Source: Candidatus Poseidoniales archaeon | Lineage (GTDB): Archaea; Thermoplasmatota; Poseidoniia; Poseidoniales; Poseidoniaceae | DNA length: 64,000 nt | Direction of reading: 5' to 3' | NCBI GenBank assembly: GCA_038116375.1 | Contig: JAYNUQ010000008.1 | Location: forward strand, 305-64,304 | In this document: positions 17,850-26,094 of the stretch, piece after piece | How positions within the stretch are numbered: the stretch's first letter is position 1 | Layout: each line of letters opens with the position of its first letter | The notes under the pieces: model-generated | The model's database searches: none | Told to the model about the DNA's origin: nothing | Seen by the model: only the letters and a program-made list of their open reading frames with translations | Program-made: the position numbers and the translations under genes

Positions 17850-19838
17850 TCACGCAAAGAGGCTTGGATTCCAGATGCTGATGTGACCCGTGAAGGCCGA
17901 GGCTGCAACCGTGAGCGGGCTGGCGAGGTAGAGTTTTCCTGGTCCTGAACGGCCCTGGAAGTTTCGGTTGATGGCGGAAACGGTCACTTGGTCGGGCGTA
18001 ATGGACACGCCAGGACCGGCACCGATGCAAGCGCCGCAACCGGGGTCGATGAGTTTCACACCGACCTCAAGAAAGAGGTCGTGCCATCCTTTTCGTTCGG
18101 CCAGCGCCTTGACCTGGCCTGAACCGTACTGGATGTAGAAATCCACGCCGTCTTTCACGCTGAGGCCAGCGTCTTTTGCCGCTTGGCACACCTCGGCGTA
18201 GTAGGCGATGTCGTCTTCCTTACCGGCCGTACATGAGCCACCGTAGGCAATGTCAACGGCGACCTGTCCGATGTCAACGATGTTGGCCCCGTTGGTGGGA
18301 TCGCTCGGAATGCCTTCGTCAGGGTTACCGGGGTGTGCCACCATGGGGACGATGGAGGAGAGGTCGATGGTGTGAACCCCACCGTCGTAGTGCGCACCTT
18401 CGTCTGGAGCGACCATACGGCCACGTTGCTCCTCCTCAGAAAGGTGAGACTGTGCTTTGAGCATCCACGCCATGAGGGCATCGTCGGCTTCGCAAATACC
18501 GGTTCGTCCCGAACATTCGGTCGCCATGTTACACAGCGTGGCCCGCTCGTCAACCGAGAGCGAGGTGAGCCCAGGTCCACCAAATTCCATGCTTCGGTTG
18601 AGCGTCAATTCCTTGCGTGCGTGGTCTGCCAGAATGGCGAGAATAACGTCCTTGGCCGTGCAGCCGTGGTTGAGTTCGCCGACGAGTTCGAAGCGGATGG
18701 ATTCGGGGACCTTCACGAAGGTGAAACCCGCGCTGACGAGGTTGGCGTATTCGGTTGCGCCGACGCCCCACGTGAGTGCGTTTGAGGCCCCGCCCATGCA
18801 GGTGTGGGAATCGGTCGCTTGGATGAAATCGCCAATCTCAATGAATTCCTCGCGCGCCACTTGGTGGCAAATGCCGGGAGAGACGCCGTCCACGGCGGAA
18901 TAATCCCGCACGCCCGTGTGTTGTTGGAAGGCAACCTGGAGGTCGCGAAGCGTCTGCACCTTGTGCATAAAGGGCACAAATTTCGGGTTGTGCTGAGCGT
19001 AGAGCAGGTGGTCTTCGAACACCGCGAATTTGCTCGGGTTGGGGAGAGCGTAGCCTTCGCCGTATTCCTCTTGGAGGAAGGTGTGGACCTGCGCCGTGGT
19101 GAATTCGTGGGAATAGCCACCCTGAACCTGAGCGATGACCGGGTCGCCGGGTTTGACGCATTGGCCTTCAGGTTGACCCACCAGGTTGCGACTGATGATG
19201 TGCTCAGCCATGGTCATGGGGCGGGCCCCGGTGTTGAGCGGAGCGAGATTCAACGCTCCCGATTTGAGAGCTTTTGCAAACGGGAAGAGGCCCCCGTGTT
19301 CAACGATGAGTTGGGTGACAGGGTCGTATTGACCCGTGAATTCTGAGAGGGCGATGGATTCGCCGTTTTGCAAACGCTCCAGCATGGCATGGTCGCCCAT
19401 CAGCTGACCCAGGTTGATGTTGTTGCGCTCGTGGATGGGTGCAAAGGAGGCAGCGATGACGATGCCGATACCGGCCCATCGCTCGCACTGGGCCGCCGTC
19501 TCTCGACTGGAACCTGTTCCTTTGCGCTGTCCTGAGACGATGACTTCGAAGTTACCGTTCTTGAGTGCGTTTTCGCGGAACACGCGCAACCCGTTGTGCA
19601 TCAAGCCTGCGTAGGCGTTTTTGGCGATTTCAGCAGGGTCGTGATCGAAGCACACCCAAGCAGGCGTCATGACGTCCGTGTTGATGTCGTCCAGCAGGTC
19701 GTCAACGGTCAAATCCTCCATACGGAGGTCAAGTCCATCGTAGAGCTGTTGCTTGATGAGGTCCAAATCCTTGGTCAGGAAAAGCACACGCTTTCCCGGT
19801 GTTAAGGCGATGTGTTGCGCCGGTTTGTTGCTCCCCAT
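17850..19838 (-). CDS. Aconitase-superfamily Fe-S hydro-lyase with N-terminal swivel (LeuD-like) domain followed by the catalytic (LeuC-like) domains
   Basis: Swivel block GTGSSRETAAQCERWAGIGIVIAASFAPIHERNNINLG near the N-terminus. Then DSHTCMGG, GGSCTAGK and PGCGACIG (three cluster cysteines). Confidence 0.75.
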   Translation of the reverse strand: MGSNKPAQHIALTPGKRVLFLTKDLDLIKQQLYDGLDLRMEDLTVDDLLDDINTDVMTPAWVCFDHDPAEIAKNAYAGLMHNGLRVFRENALKNGNFEVIVSGQRKGTGSSRETAAQCERWAGIGIVIAASFAPIHERNNINLGQLMGDHAMLERLQNGESIALSEFTGQYDPVTQLIVEHGGLFPFAKALKSGALNLAPLNTGARPMTMAEHIISRNLVGQPEGQCVKPGDPVIAQVQGGYSHEFTTAQVHTFLQEEYGEGYALPNPSKFAVFEDHLLYAQHNPKFVPFMHKVQTLRDLQVAFQQHTGVRDYSAVDGVSPGICHQVAREEFIEIGDFIQATDSHTCMGGASNALTWGVGATEYANLVSAGFTFVKVPESIRFELVGELNHGCTAKDVILAILADHARKELTLNRSMEFGGPGLTSLSVDERATLCNMATECSGRTGICEADDALMAWMLKAQSHLSEEEQRGRMVAPDEGAHYDGGVHTIDLSSIVPMVAHPGNPDEGIPSDPTNGANIVDIGQVAVDIAYGGSCTAGKEDDIAYYAEVCQAAKDAGLSVKDGVDFYIQYGSGQVKALAERKGWHDLFLEVGVKLIDPGCGACIGAGPGVSITPDQVTVSAINRNFQGRSGPGKLYLASPLTVAASAFTGHISIWNPSLFA

Positions 19839-20073
19839 GCCTCCCCCTCAGGGCTGTTCACGGGTCATCCGTTCATAATCGGTTCGGGGCACATCTGTCA
19901 CGCAGAACAGGGAACGGCTCGGGATTGTCATTTTTCCAATTCGAATCTTTACAGCAAGGGCAGCAATTTCTCTCGAGCAACGCCCCTCCACCAATTGGGC
20001 AGAGCCTCCTCGGGGCCATGAAGTGTTAAAGAAAAACAGCCTATTATAACCAAGACCAAGATGAAATATCCCT

Positions 20074-23000
20074 ATGAACAAAACGCTCGCTTTCTTAATC
20101 GTCTCGCTCTTGACCGCCTCCACCCTTCCGATTAACGCCACTGCGGACGCCACGCAGGACATACCAACCAACGCTGCAGGGACCGGGATTCACGATTCCC
20201 TCGTGGCCGCTCTGACCCACGCCAATTTGGTTGCAACGCTCCAAGGCCCGGGGCCGTTCACCGTCTTTGCCCCTACCGACCAGGCCTTCGCCGCCGCCGG
20301 TATTGACCTTGATGACTTTGACACCGATGAAGAAAACGCTACGCTCACGGACATTCTGCTCCACCATGTGCTTTCAGGCAGTGTTGCTGCGAGTGATGTT
20401 ACCGACGGCATGATGGCCACGATGGTCAACGGAGACAACGTCAAATTCGGCGTGAGTTCCACGGGCACGGTCACCGTCGGTGCAGCTACGGTCACGCTGG
20501 CCGACGTGCAGGCTTCCAACGGCGTCATCCACGTCATTGACACGGTGCTGATGCCGCCCACGGACATTCCAACCACCGCACAATCAACCGGTATTCACGG
20601 TTCGCTGGTCGCAGCGGTCATCCAAGCAGACTTGCTTCCTACCCTCCAAGGCAACGGTCCGTTCACGGTGTTCGCTCCTACCGACCAAGCGTTTGCCGAT
20701 GCGGGCATCGACCTCGTTTCCTTGGACAATCCAGAAGGAAAGGCCGCGCTCTCCGACATTCTGCTTTACCACGTGGTGGGTGCTGAGGTACCTGCCGCCA
20801 ACGTCACGGACTGCATGACGGCCGATGCGGCCAACGGTCAACCGTTGTCCTTCACCGTCGGCGACGGGGTGATGGTCAACGATGCGAACGTCACCATGAC
20901 GGACGTGATTTCCAGCAACGGCCTCATCCACGTCATTGACAAGGTGCTGACGCCCTCCGACACGCCCCGCAACATTCCCCGCACGGCGCAGTGCACCGGC
21001 ATCCACGACTCACTCGTGGCCGGTGTGATTCAAGCAGAATTGCTCGAGACGCTCCAAGGGTCAGGTCCGTTCACGGTGTTCGCACCAACCGACCAGGCTT
21101 TTGCTGACGCCGGCATTGACTTGGCTGCTCTCGACACGCCTGAAGGGAAAGCCACCCTTACGGACATCTTGCTCTACCACGTCGTCGGTGCTGAGGTGCC
21201 AGCAGCCAACGTAACCGACTGCATGACAGCCACCGCTGCAAACGGACAGCCGCTTGCCTTTACGGTGGGCGACGGCGTCATGGTCAACGACGCCAACGTC
21301 ACCCTCGCCGACGTTGCCACCAGCAACGGTATCATTCATGTCGTTGACAAGGTGCTCACGCCAAGCGACGCTCCGAACAACATCCCTCGAACCGCCCAGT
21401 GCACGGGAGTCCACAACTCGCTGGTGTCTGCAGTGGTACAGGCTGAACTTCTGGAAACCCTTCAGGGGCCGGGTCCGTTCACGGTCTTTGCCCCTACCGA
21501 TCAGGCGTTCACCGATGCGGGTATTGACCTCGCAGCCCTTGACACCCCCGAAGGCAAAGCCGCCCTTGCGGACATCCTGCTCTACCACGTCGTGTCCGGG
21601 GATGTCCCTTCCACAGCGCTTTCCGACTGCATGACGGCCGAAGCCGTCAACGGTCAATCGCTCTCGTTCACCGTAGGCGACGGTGTCATGGTCAACGGCG
21701 CGGACGTCACGCTGGCCGACGTCAACACCAGCAACGGCGTCATCCATGTCATCAACAAGGTGTTGATGCCCACCGACACACCCACCGACATTCCACGCAC
21801 GGCTCAATGCACCGGCGTCCACAATTCGCTCGTGTCTGCGGTGGTGCAGGCTGAACTTTTGGAGACGTTGCAGGGCGATGGGCCGTTTACCGTCTTTGCA
21901 CCAACGGACCAAGCCTTTGCTGACGCTGGCATCGACCTTGCTTCGTTGGACACTCCTGAGGGCAAAGCGACCCTTTCGGACATTCTCCAGTACCACGTGC
22001 TCGCCGGTGAAGTTCCTGCAGCAAACGTTTCGGATTGCATGACCGCCACGGCTCTCAACGGACATCCGTTGGCGTTCACCGTCGGAACCAGCGTGATGGT
22101 CAACGGCGCCACGGTCACAGCGACCGATGTCTCCACCAGCAACGGGCTCATCCATGTCATCGACAAGGTGTTGATGCCCACCGACACACCCAACGACATA
22201 CCACGAACGGCTCAATGCACCGGCATCCACGATTCCCTTGTTGCTGCCGTGATTCAGGCAGGTCTCTTGGAGACCCTGCAGGGCGACGGTCCGTTCACGC
22301 TCTTTGCTCCAACCGACCAAGCCTTTGCTGATGCCGGCATCGACCTGGCTGCTTTGGACACCCCTGATGGCGTCGCTACCCTTTCAGAGATTTTGCTTTC
22401 GCATGTTGTTGCTGCCTCAGTCCCTGCAGCTGACGTTTCGGACTGCATGGTGGCTGAGTCCGTCAGTGGCCATGGCTTGGCGTTCTCCGTTGGTGAGTCC
22501 GTGGTCGTGAACGGTGCAACCGTCACGCTTGCTGATGTCCAAACCAGCAACGGCATCATTCACGTGATCGATACGGTCCTGATGCCCGTTGCCCACCCCA
22601 ACGACGTCCCGCGAACGGCCGAATGCACCGGTGTTCATGATTCGTTGGTCGCAGCGGTGATTCAAGCTGAACTCCTCGAAACGCTTCAAGGCGATGGGCC
22701 GTTCACGGTGTTCGCACCGACCGATCAGGCCTTTGCCGATGCGGGCATCGACCTCGCTGCCCTCGACACGGAGGAGGGCAAGGAAGCGCTGACCGAGATT
22801 TTGCTGTCTCACGTCGTCGCTGGTGCCGTTCCTGCCGCCAATGTTTCCGACTGCATGACGGCTGAAACCGTAAGTGGCCACACCTTGTCCTTCGCCGTCG
22901 GCGACACCGTGGTGGTGAACGGTGCAACGGTGACAACCGCAGACGTGATGGCCAAGAACGGAATCATCCACGTGATCGATACCGTGCTCACGCCGACCAA

Positions 23001-24072
23001 CGCCTACAACGACATCACTCAAACGGCGTCCTGCACAGGCGTCCACACCTCGTTGGTGGCGGCTTTGGTTCAAGCCGAACTGGCCGAAACCCTGCAGGGA
23101 GACGGCCCGTTCACGGTCTTCGCTCCCAGCGACCAAGCATTCATCGATGCTGGCATTGATTTGGCTGCTTTGGACACCGAAGAAGGGAAAGCTACACTGG
23201 CTGATATTCTCTTGTTCCACGTCTATTCTGGGACCCTCGCTTCCAGCGAAATCACGGACGGAATGAAAATTCGAATGCTCAGCGGTGACGATGCCACCCT
23301 CTCACCAACTGCGGGGATTGAAGGAGCCAACATCACACTGGTGGACGTTCAAACATCCAACGGGGTCATTCACGTGATCGACAAGGTGCTGACGCCACCC
23401 AGCGATGATGTGGCTGCAGGTGACTCAACCGCAGGCGACTCCTCCGATGATGATGGAAGCGACTGGATCCTCTACCTCGGCATTGCGTTGATCGTTGCCG
23501 TCGTTGGTGGACTCTTGGTCGTCCGCTTTGCTCGCCGTGGAAGCGACGGCTTGGATGCCATTCAAGCCATTGGGAAGACCGATGTTGGCCTTCCACAAAC
23601 GACCGCCACGGTTCAAACAGAGACCACTCCTGCTTATGTCGCTGAGGCAACGAACAACGCCTATCAGCAGCAAGCCTACCAGCAGCAAGCCTACCAGCAG
23701 CAAGCCTACCAGCCGGCTGCTGCTCAACCCGTTGCAGCCCAGCCCGTTGCAGCCCAGCCCGTTGCAGCCCAGCCCGTTGCAGCCCAGCCTGTTGCTACGC
23801 AAGCGGTGGACGACAGTGCCCTCAACGCCTTGATAGAATCGGAAATTGGTGGTCTTCTCAACTCAACAGAACCTGCACAAGCCTCAGCATCGATGTCAGC
23901 AGCACCCGAACAAGTTGTGGCTGAACCGGTACAACCCGCTGCCCAGCCCGCCGCCCAGGCCGTTGAACCCCAAGTCGTCCAGCAATGGACCGATGACAGC
24001 GGTCACACCTGGCGCGTCATGAGCGACAGCACTCACCGCTGGTGGAATGGAACGGATTGGCAAAAGGTATGA
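20074..24072 (+). CDS. Anchored surface protein with eight tandem fasciclin (FAS1) domains, TM anchor and repetitive cytoplasmic tail (1332 aa)
   Basis: Signal-like MNKTLAFLIVSLLTASTLPINATA. Eight copies of GPFT[VL]FAP[TS]DQAF...ILLYHV...NG[VI]IHVID. TM segment WILYLGIALIVAVVGGLLVV followed by RFARRG. Confidence 0.85.
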   Translation: MNKTLAFLIVSLLTASTLPINATADATQDIPTNAAGTGIHDSLVAALTHANLVATLQGPGPFTVFAPTDQAFAAAGIDLDDFDTDEENATLTDILLHHVLSGSVAASDVTDGMMATMVNGDNVKFGVSSTGTVTVGAATVTLADVQASNGVIHVIDTVLMPPTDIPTTAQSTGIHGSLVAAVIQADLLPTLQGNGPFTVFAPTDQAFADAGIDLVSLDNPEGKAALSDILLYHVVGAEVPAANVTDCMTADAANGQPLSFTVGDGVMVNDANVTMTDVISSNGLIHVIDKVLTPSDTPRNIPRTAQCTGIHDSLVAGVIQAELLETLQGSGPFTVFAPTDQAFADAGIDLAALDTPEGKATLTDILLYHVVGAEVPAANVTDCMTATAANGQPLAFTVGDGVMVNDANVTLADVATSNGIIHVVDKVLTPSDAPNNIPRTAQCTGVHNSLVSAVVQAELLETLQGPGPFTVFAPTDQAFTDAGIDLAALDTPEGKAALADILLYHVVSGDVPSTALSDCMTAEAVNGQSLSFTVGDGVMVNGADVTLADVNTSNGVIHVINKVLMPTDTPTDIPRTAQCTGVHNSLVSAVVQAELLETLQGDGPFTVFAPTDQAFADAGIDLASLDTPEGKATLSDILQYHVLAGEVPAANVSDCMTATALNGHPLAFTVGTSVMVNGATVTATDVSTSNGLIHVIDKVLMPTDTPNDIPRTAQCTGIHDSLVAAVIQAGLLETLQGDGPFTLFAPTDQAFADAGIDLAALDTPDGVATLSEILLSHVVAASVPAADVSDCMVAESVSGHGLAFSVGESVVVNGATVTLADVQTSNGIIHVIDTVLMPVAHPNDVPRTAECTGVHDSLVAAVIQAELLETLQGDGPFTVFAPTDQAFADAGIDLAALDTEEGKEALTEILLSHVVAGAVPAANVSDCMTAETVSGHTLSFAVGDTVVVNGATVTTADVMAKNGIIHVIDTVLTPTNAYNDITQTASCTGVHTSLVAALVQAELAETLQGDGPFTVFAPSDQAFIDAGIDLAALDTEEGKATLADILLFHVYSGTLASSEITDGMKIRMLSGDDATLSPTAGIEGANITLVDVQTSNGVIHVIDKVLTPPSDDVAAGDSTAGDSSDDDGSDWILYLGIALIVAVVGGLLVVRFARRGSDGLDAIQAIGKTDVGLPQTTATVQTETTPAYVAEATNNAYQQQAYQQQAYQQQAYQPAAAQPVAAQPVAAQPVAAQPVAAQPVATQAVDDSALNALIESEIGGLLNSTEPAQASASMSAAPEQVVAEPVQPAAQPAAQAVEPQVVQQWTDDSGHTWRVMSDSTHRWWNGTDWQKV
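20164..23400 (+). repeat. Eight in-frame tandem coding repeats (FAS1 units), period 408 nt
   Basis: The GGxCCGTTxAC(G/C)(G/C)T core (GPFT codons) occurs at 20251, 20656, 21064, 21472, 21880, 22288, 22696 and 23104. Spacings are 405 nt, then 408 nt six times. Confidence 0.85.
23665..23709 (+). repeat. 3 x 15-nt perfect tandem repeat CAGCAGCAAGCCTAC (encodes QQQAY x3)
   Basis: Read directly from the sequence. In frame within the tail of the FAS1 protein. Confidence 0.9.
23721..23795 (+). repeat. 5 x 15-nt tandem repeat GCCCAGCCCGTTGCA (encodes AQPVA x5; first and last units slightly degenerate)
   Basis: Read directly from the sequence. In frame within the tail of the FAS1 protein. Confidence 0.9.
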
Positions 24073-24147
24073 TCGCTACGTTGCGAATCACAGGGTAGCG
24101 AGGCAGGAAGCCCACTACGAGCCCTCTGATTATCTACCACAATTTGG

Positions 24148-24164
24148 ACAGTTTTTGAAACTGT
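24148..24164. terminator. Hairpin with T-run between convergent genes (ACAGTTT-TTG-AAACTGT); candidate bidirectional terminator
   Basis: 7-bp perfect inverted repeat with a 3-nt loop containing a T5 run. Lies between the FAS1 gene end (24072) and the minus-strand gene end (24201). Confidence 0.4.
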
Positions 24165-24200
24165 GCTGAAAATGATGGAGCGTCATGCCTTGGTTTATTC

Positions 24201-24965
24201 TCAATTCGCCCATCCTTTTGCTGCAAGGATAATCAATGCTGTTCCTATAACAAGCAAAGCGGGCCAACCAAAGGAGATGACGGCGATCAATGCTATTCCT
24301 GATACAATGCCTAGCCTTACTTTCACAACAGGATCATGAATATCTTGGCCAGAACTGAACCATGACCAAGGTCTCGCCAAAGCGATCAAGCCACATGGGA
24401 AGAGCAGGAGTGTAGCCCACATACTGAATTTAGCAGCAGATCCCAAAGATTCACAAGTTTCGTCACAGGTCCCACCTGAGCCCCCTAAACCAGAACCCAT
24501 TCCAGAAAGAATCCAAAAGAATCCAAAGAGAATCATGAGGACAAACATCGCAACACTACCTGCAATAATGAGGAAACCAACCATTTGCGCTGCATTTGAT
24601 TCAGATTTTGCGATGATGAATTTCTCTCGTACATATGACACAGGATCTCCACCAACGGTAGAAGGCACGGCCGTACTCTGCGAATCACTCGCAGGAGGAA
24701 CTGAACCATGTTGGGGATGATCGGAGTCTTCGGACAAGAAAACCACCTTTTCCGTCTTCCCACCCAACGCAAATGCAAACCAAACGATTGAACCTAAGCA
24801 CAATGAAACCGACAGACAATACGTGCTCATCATGACCATCATATCGTTTGATGCAATCGTATCACCTTCGTCGTATTTCGCAGCGCCAAGGGCATTCACT
24901 CCAACGTAGAGGAGGATGGCGAGGCCAACGAGAATTGCGGGTCCGGCAAATCTTTTCCAGTCCAT
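24201..24965 (-). CDS. Hypothetical polytopic membrane protein (254 aa) in the low-GC islet
   Basis: Several hydrophobic helices (AILVGLAILLYVGV, LSVSLCLGSIVWFAFAL, VGFLIIAGSVAMFVLMILFGFFWIL, ALIAVISFGWPALLVIGTALIIL). N-terminus MDWKR. Confidence 0.6.
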   Translation of the reverse strand: MDWKRFAGPAILVGLAILLYVGVNALGAAKYDEGDTIASNDMMVMMSTYCLSVSLCLGSIVWFAFALGGKTEKVVFLSEDSDHPQHGSVPPASDSQSTAVPSTVGGDPVSYVREKFIIAKSESNAAQMVGFLIIAGSVAMFVLMILFGFFWILSGMGSGLGGSGGTCDETCESLGSAAKFSMWATLLLFPCGLIALARPWSWFSSGQDIHDPVVKVRLGIVSGIALIAVISFGWPALLVIGTALIILAAKGWAN

Positions 24966-25122
24966 TCAGTCTTTGCATCACTGCATCAGCCTTCAATGAT
25001 GCCCCTGCAATCGTTTCAGGGAGGGACCCATGCGCACACCATCGTTTGAATGGGTACGGTTGTGTTCACCTGTGACTGCAATGGCCTCCCATGTGGATAA
25101 ATTAGATTCCATCACGTTGAAC

Positions 25123-25509
25123 CTAAACAGGTATACTCCATAAAACAACAATGAGAGCAAACCAAAGAAGTAAACTCATTCCGAGGGTTTTGAGATTTTT
25201 GAGCCAATGTTGATTCGGAGGAGATGGAGACAGATTTGCTTTCTTCTTCTCGAGAAATCGAAACACATTGTTGACGATCAAGAGAATGATGGAATAGGCA
25301 AAAATGGCATATCCCCAAGCGAGCCAAATCAACATTTCCCAACCGTTTGGTGCTATACTTGGGAAATTTTCCAACAAGGGTGTGAAAAGAATACTCGATG
25401 AAGAAATCAATAAAAGTAAACCAAAACAGTTCAAGCCTCTTCCGTTGGCCTTTCTCGGGCGTTCATGTTCATCATCACTCATGCGTGAACTTTCATTCAT
25501 ATTGAACAT
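25123..25509 (-). CDS. Hypothetical small membrane protein (128 aa) in the low-GC islet
   Basis: Three or four hydrophobic segments (CFGLLLLISSSSILF, MLIWLAWGYAIFAYSIILLIV, LLLWFALIVVLWSI). AT-rich codon usage unlike the flanking genes. Confidence 0.5.
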   Translation of the reverse strand: MFNMNESSRMSDDEHERPRKANGRGLNCFGLLLLISSSSILFTPLLENFPSIAPNGWEMLIWLAWGYAIFAYSIILLIVNNVFRFLEKKKANLSPSPPNQHWLKNLKTLGMSLLLWFALIVVLWSIPV

Positions 25510-25688
25510 AAAGTTATCACCGACGTGAACCTCAATTGCGGTTCATAATTGAGAGACGAAAGGTATCATTCGTACACCTTTGGGGCCAGATTTCGTGCAC
25601 CGGTGGTTCTCTATGATTCGTATGCATCGGTTCTCCGGGATTGGGAATTCCCCGCAGTGGTTGAGGCCGCTCGATTCGGTCATCTGGG

Positions 25689-25702
25689 GTGAAAATTTTC
25701 AC
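25689..25702. promoter_or_regulatory. Perfect 14-bp palindrome GTGAAAATTTTCAC immediately upstream of a TATA-like ATTTATTAA
   Basis: Read directly from the sequence. It occupies the BRE/operator position for the small ORF starting at 25756. Confidence 0.4.
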
Positions 25703-25755
25703 GCCCATTTATTAACCGATGACACGATGGTCGTTCATAGGAGGTGAACTAGGAT

Positions 25756-25917
25756 ATGGATTGGAAAAAAATAGGCTTCGGAGCAAGCCTCGTCTCGATC
25801 ATCGGCAGCATTGCAATATACTTCAATGGCGATGAAAACTTGGGAATTTTTGTTGGCCTTTGGGCTTCAGCATTGCTCCTCTTGACGGAGCGTTTGGCTG
25901 AGATGCAAGCAGAGTAA
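25756..25917 (+). CDS. Small two-TM membrane protein, 53 aa; not in the ORF track
   Basis: Own translation MDWKKIGFGASLVSIIGSIAIYFNGDENLGIFVGLWASALLLLTERLAEMQAE. Strong SD AGGAGGTGA lies 7-9 nt upstream of the ATG. N-terminus resembles that of the 254-aa protein (MDWKR...). Confidence 0.55.
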   Translation: MDWKKIGFGASLVSIIGSIAIYFNGDENLGIFVGLWASALLLLTERLAEMQAE

Positions 25918-26022
25918 TCGAAAAAGGAAAACGAATGTCTCCCGCACACTCCTCCTGAGATGGTTGATGGACGGATTTCGTACCCTTTGATACATACGCA
26001 GTATGCTCTCAACATGGTGTCA

Positions 26023-26036
26023 TTAAGTATAAATAT
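26023..26036 (+). promoter_or_regulatory. TATA-like promoter element TTAAGTATAAATAT upstream of tfb
   Basis: AT-rich box about 60 nt upstream of ATG 26095. Shares the TTAAGTAT(G)ATAAAT core with 7559..7573. Confidence 0.5.
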
Positions 26037-26060
26037 CAATGCCAAAAGGGATTAAATAGG

Positions 26061-26078
26061 TTCGCATGTCGATGCGAA
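26061..26078. promoter_or_regulatory. Perfect inverted repeat TTCGCAT-GTCG-ATGCGAA between the tfb TATA box and the start codon
   Basis: 7-bp arms with a 4-nt spacer, read directly from the sequence. It sits about 25-40 nt downstream of the TATA box, at or near the expected TSS or 5' UTR. Confidence 0.45.
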
Positions 26079-26094
26079 TTGTTGAGGGATAAAT

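Noticed and set aside
21061-22320. Long antisense ORF (419 aa) opposite the FAS1 gene. Similar long ORFs occur at 11103..11978, 26886..28217, 40068..41039, 42335..43225, 52984..54096, 55728..56693, 60149..61042 and 61871..62659.
   Set aside because: All lie opposite or out of frame within genes that carry clear family motifs. Their products are Arg/Gly/Val/His-rich with no motifs, as expected for shadow ORFs in GC-rich DNA. Several would also run across neighbouring gene boundaries.
23665-23795. 15-nt tandem repeats considered as a possible CRISPR-like or regulatory array
   Set aside because: The units are directly adjacent with no spacers, are in frame inside a long ORF, and simply encode the QQQAY and AQPVA low-complexity peptide. 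There are no cas genes in the window.
25510-25755. 246-nt spacer in the low-GC islet inspected for a tRNA, C/D-box sRNA or other ncRNA
   Set aside because: I could not fold a cloverleaf or find a convincing C (RUGAUGA)/D (CUGA) box pair. The inverted repeats are better explained as promoter or operator elements of the two divergent genes. A covariance-model scan would be needed to exclude an ncRNA.
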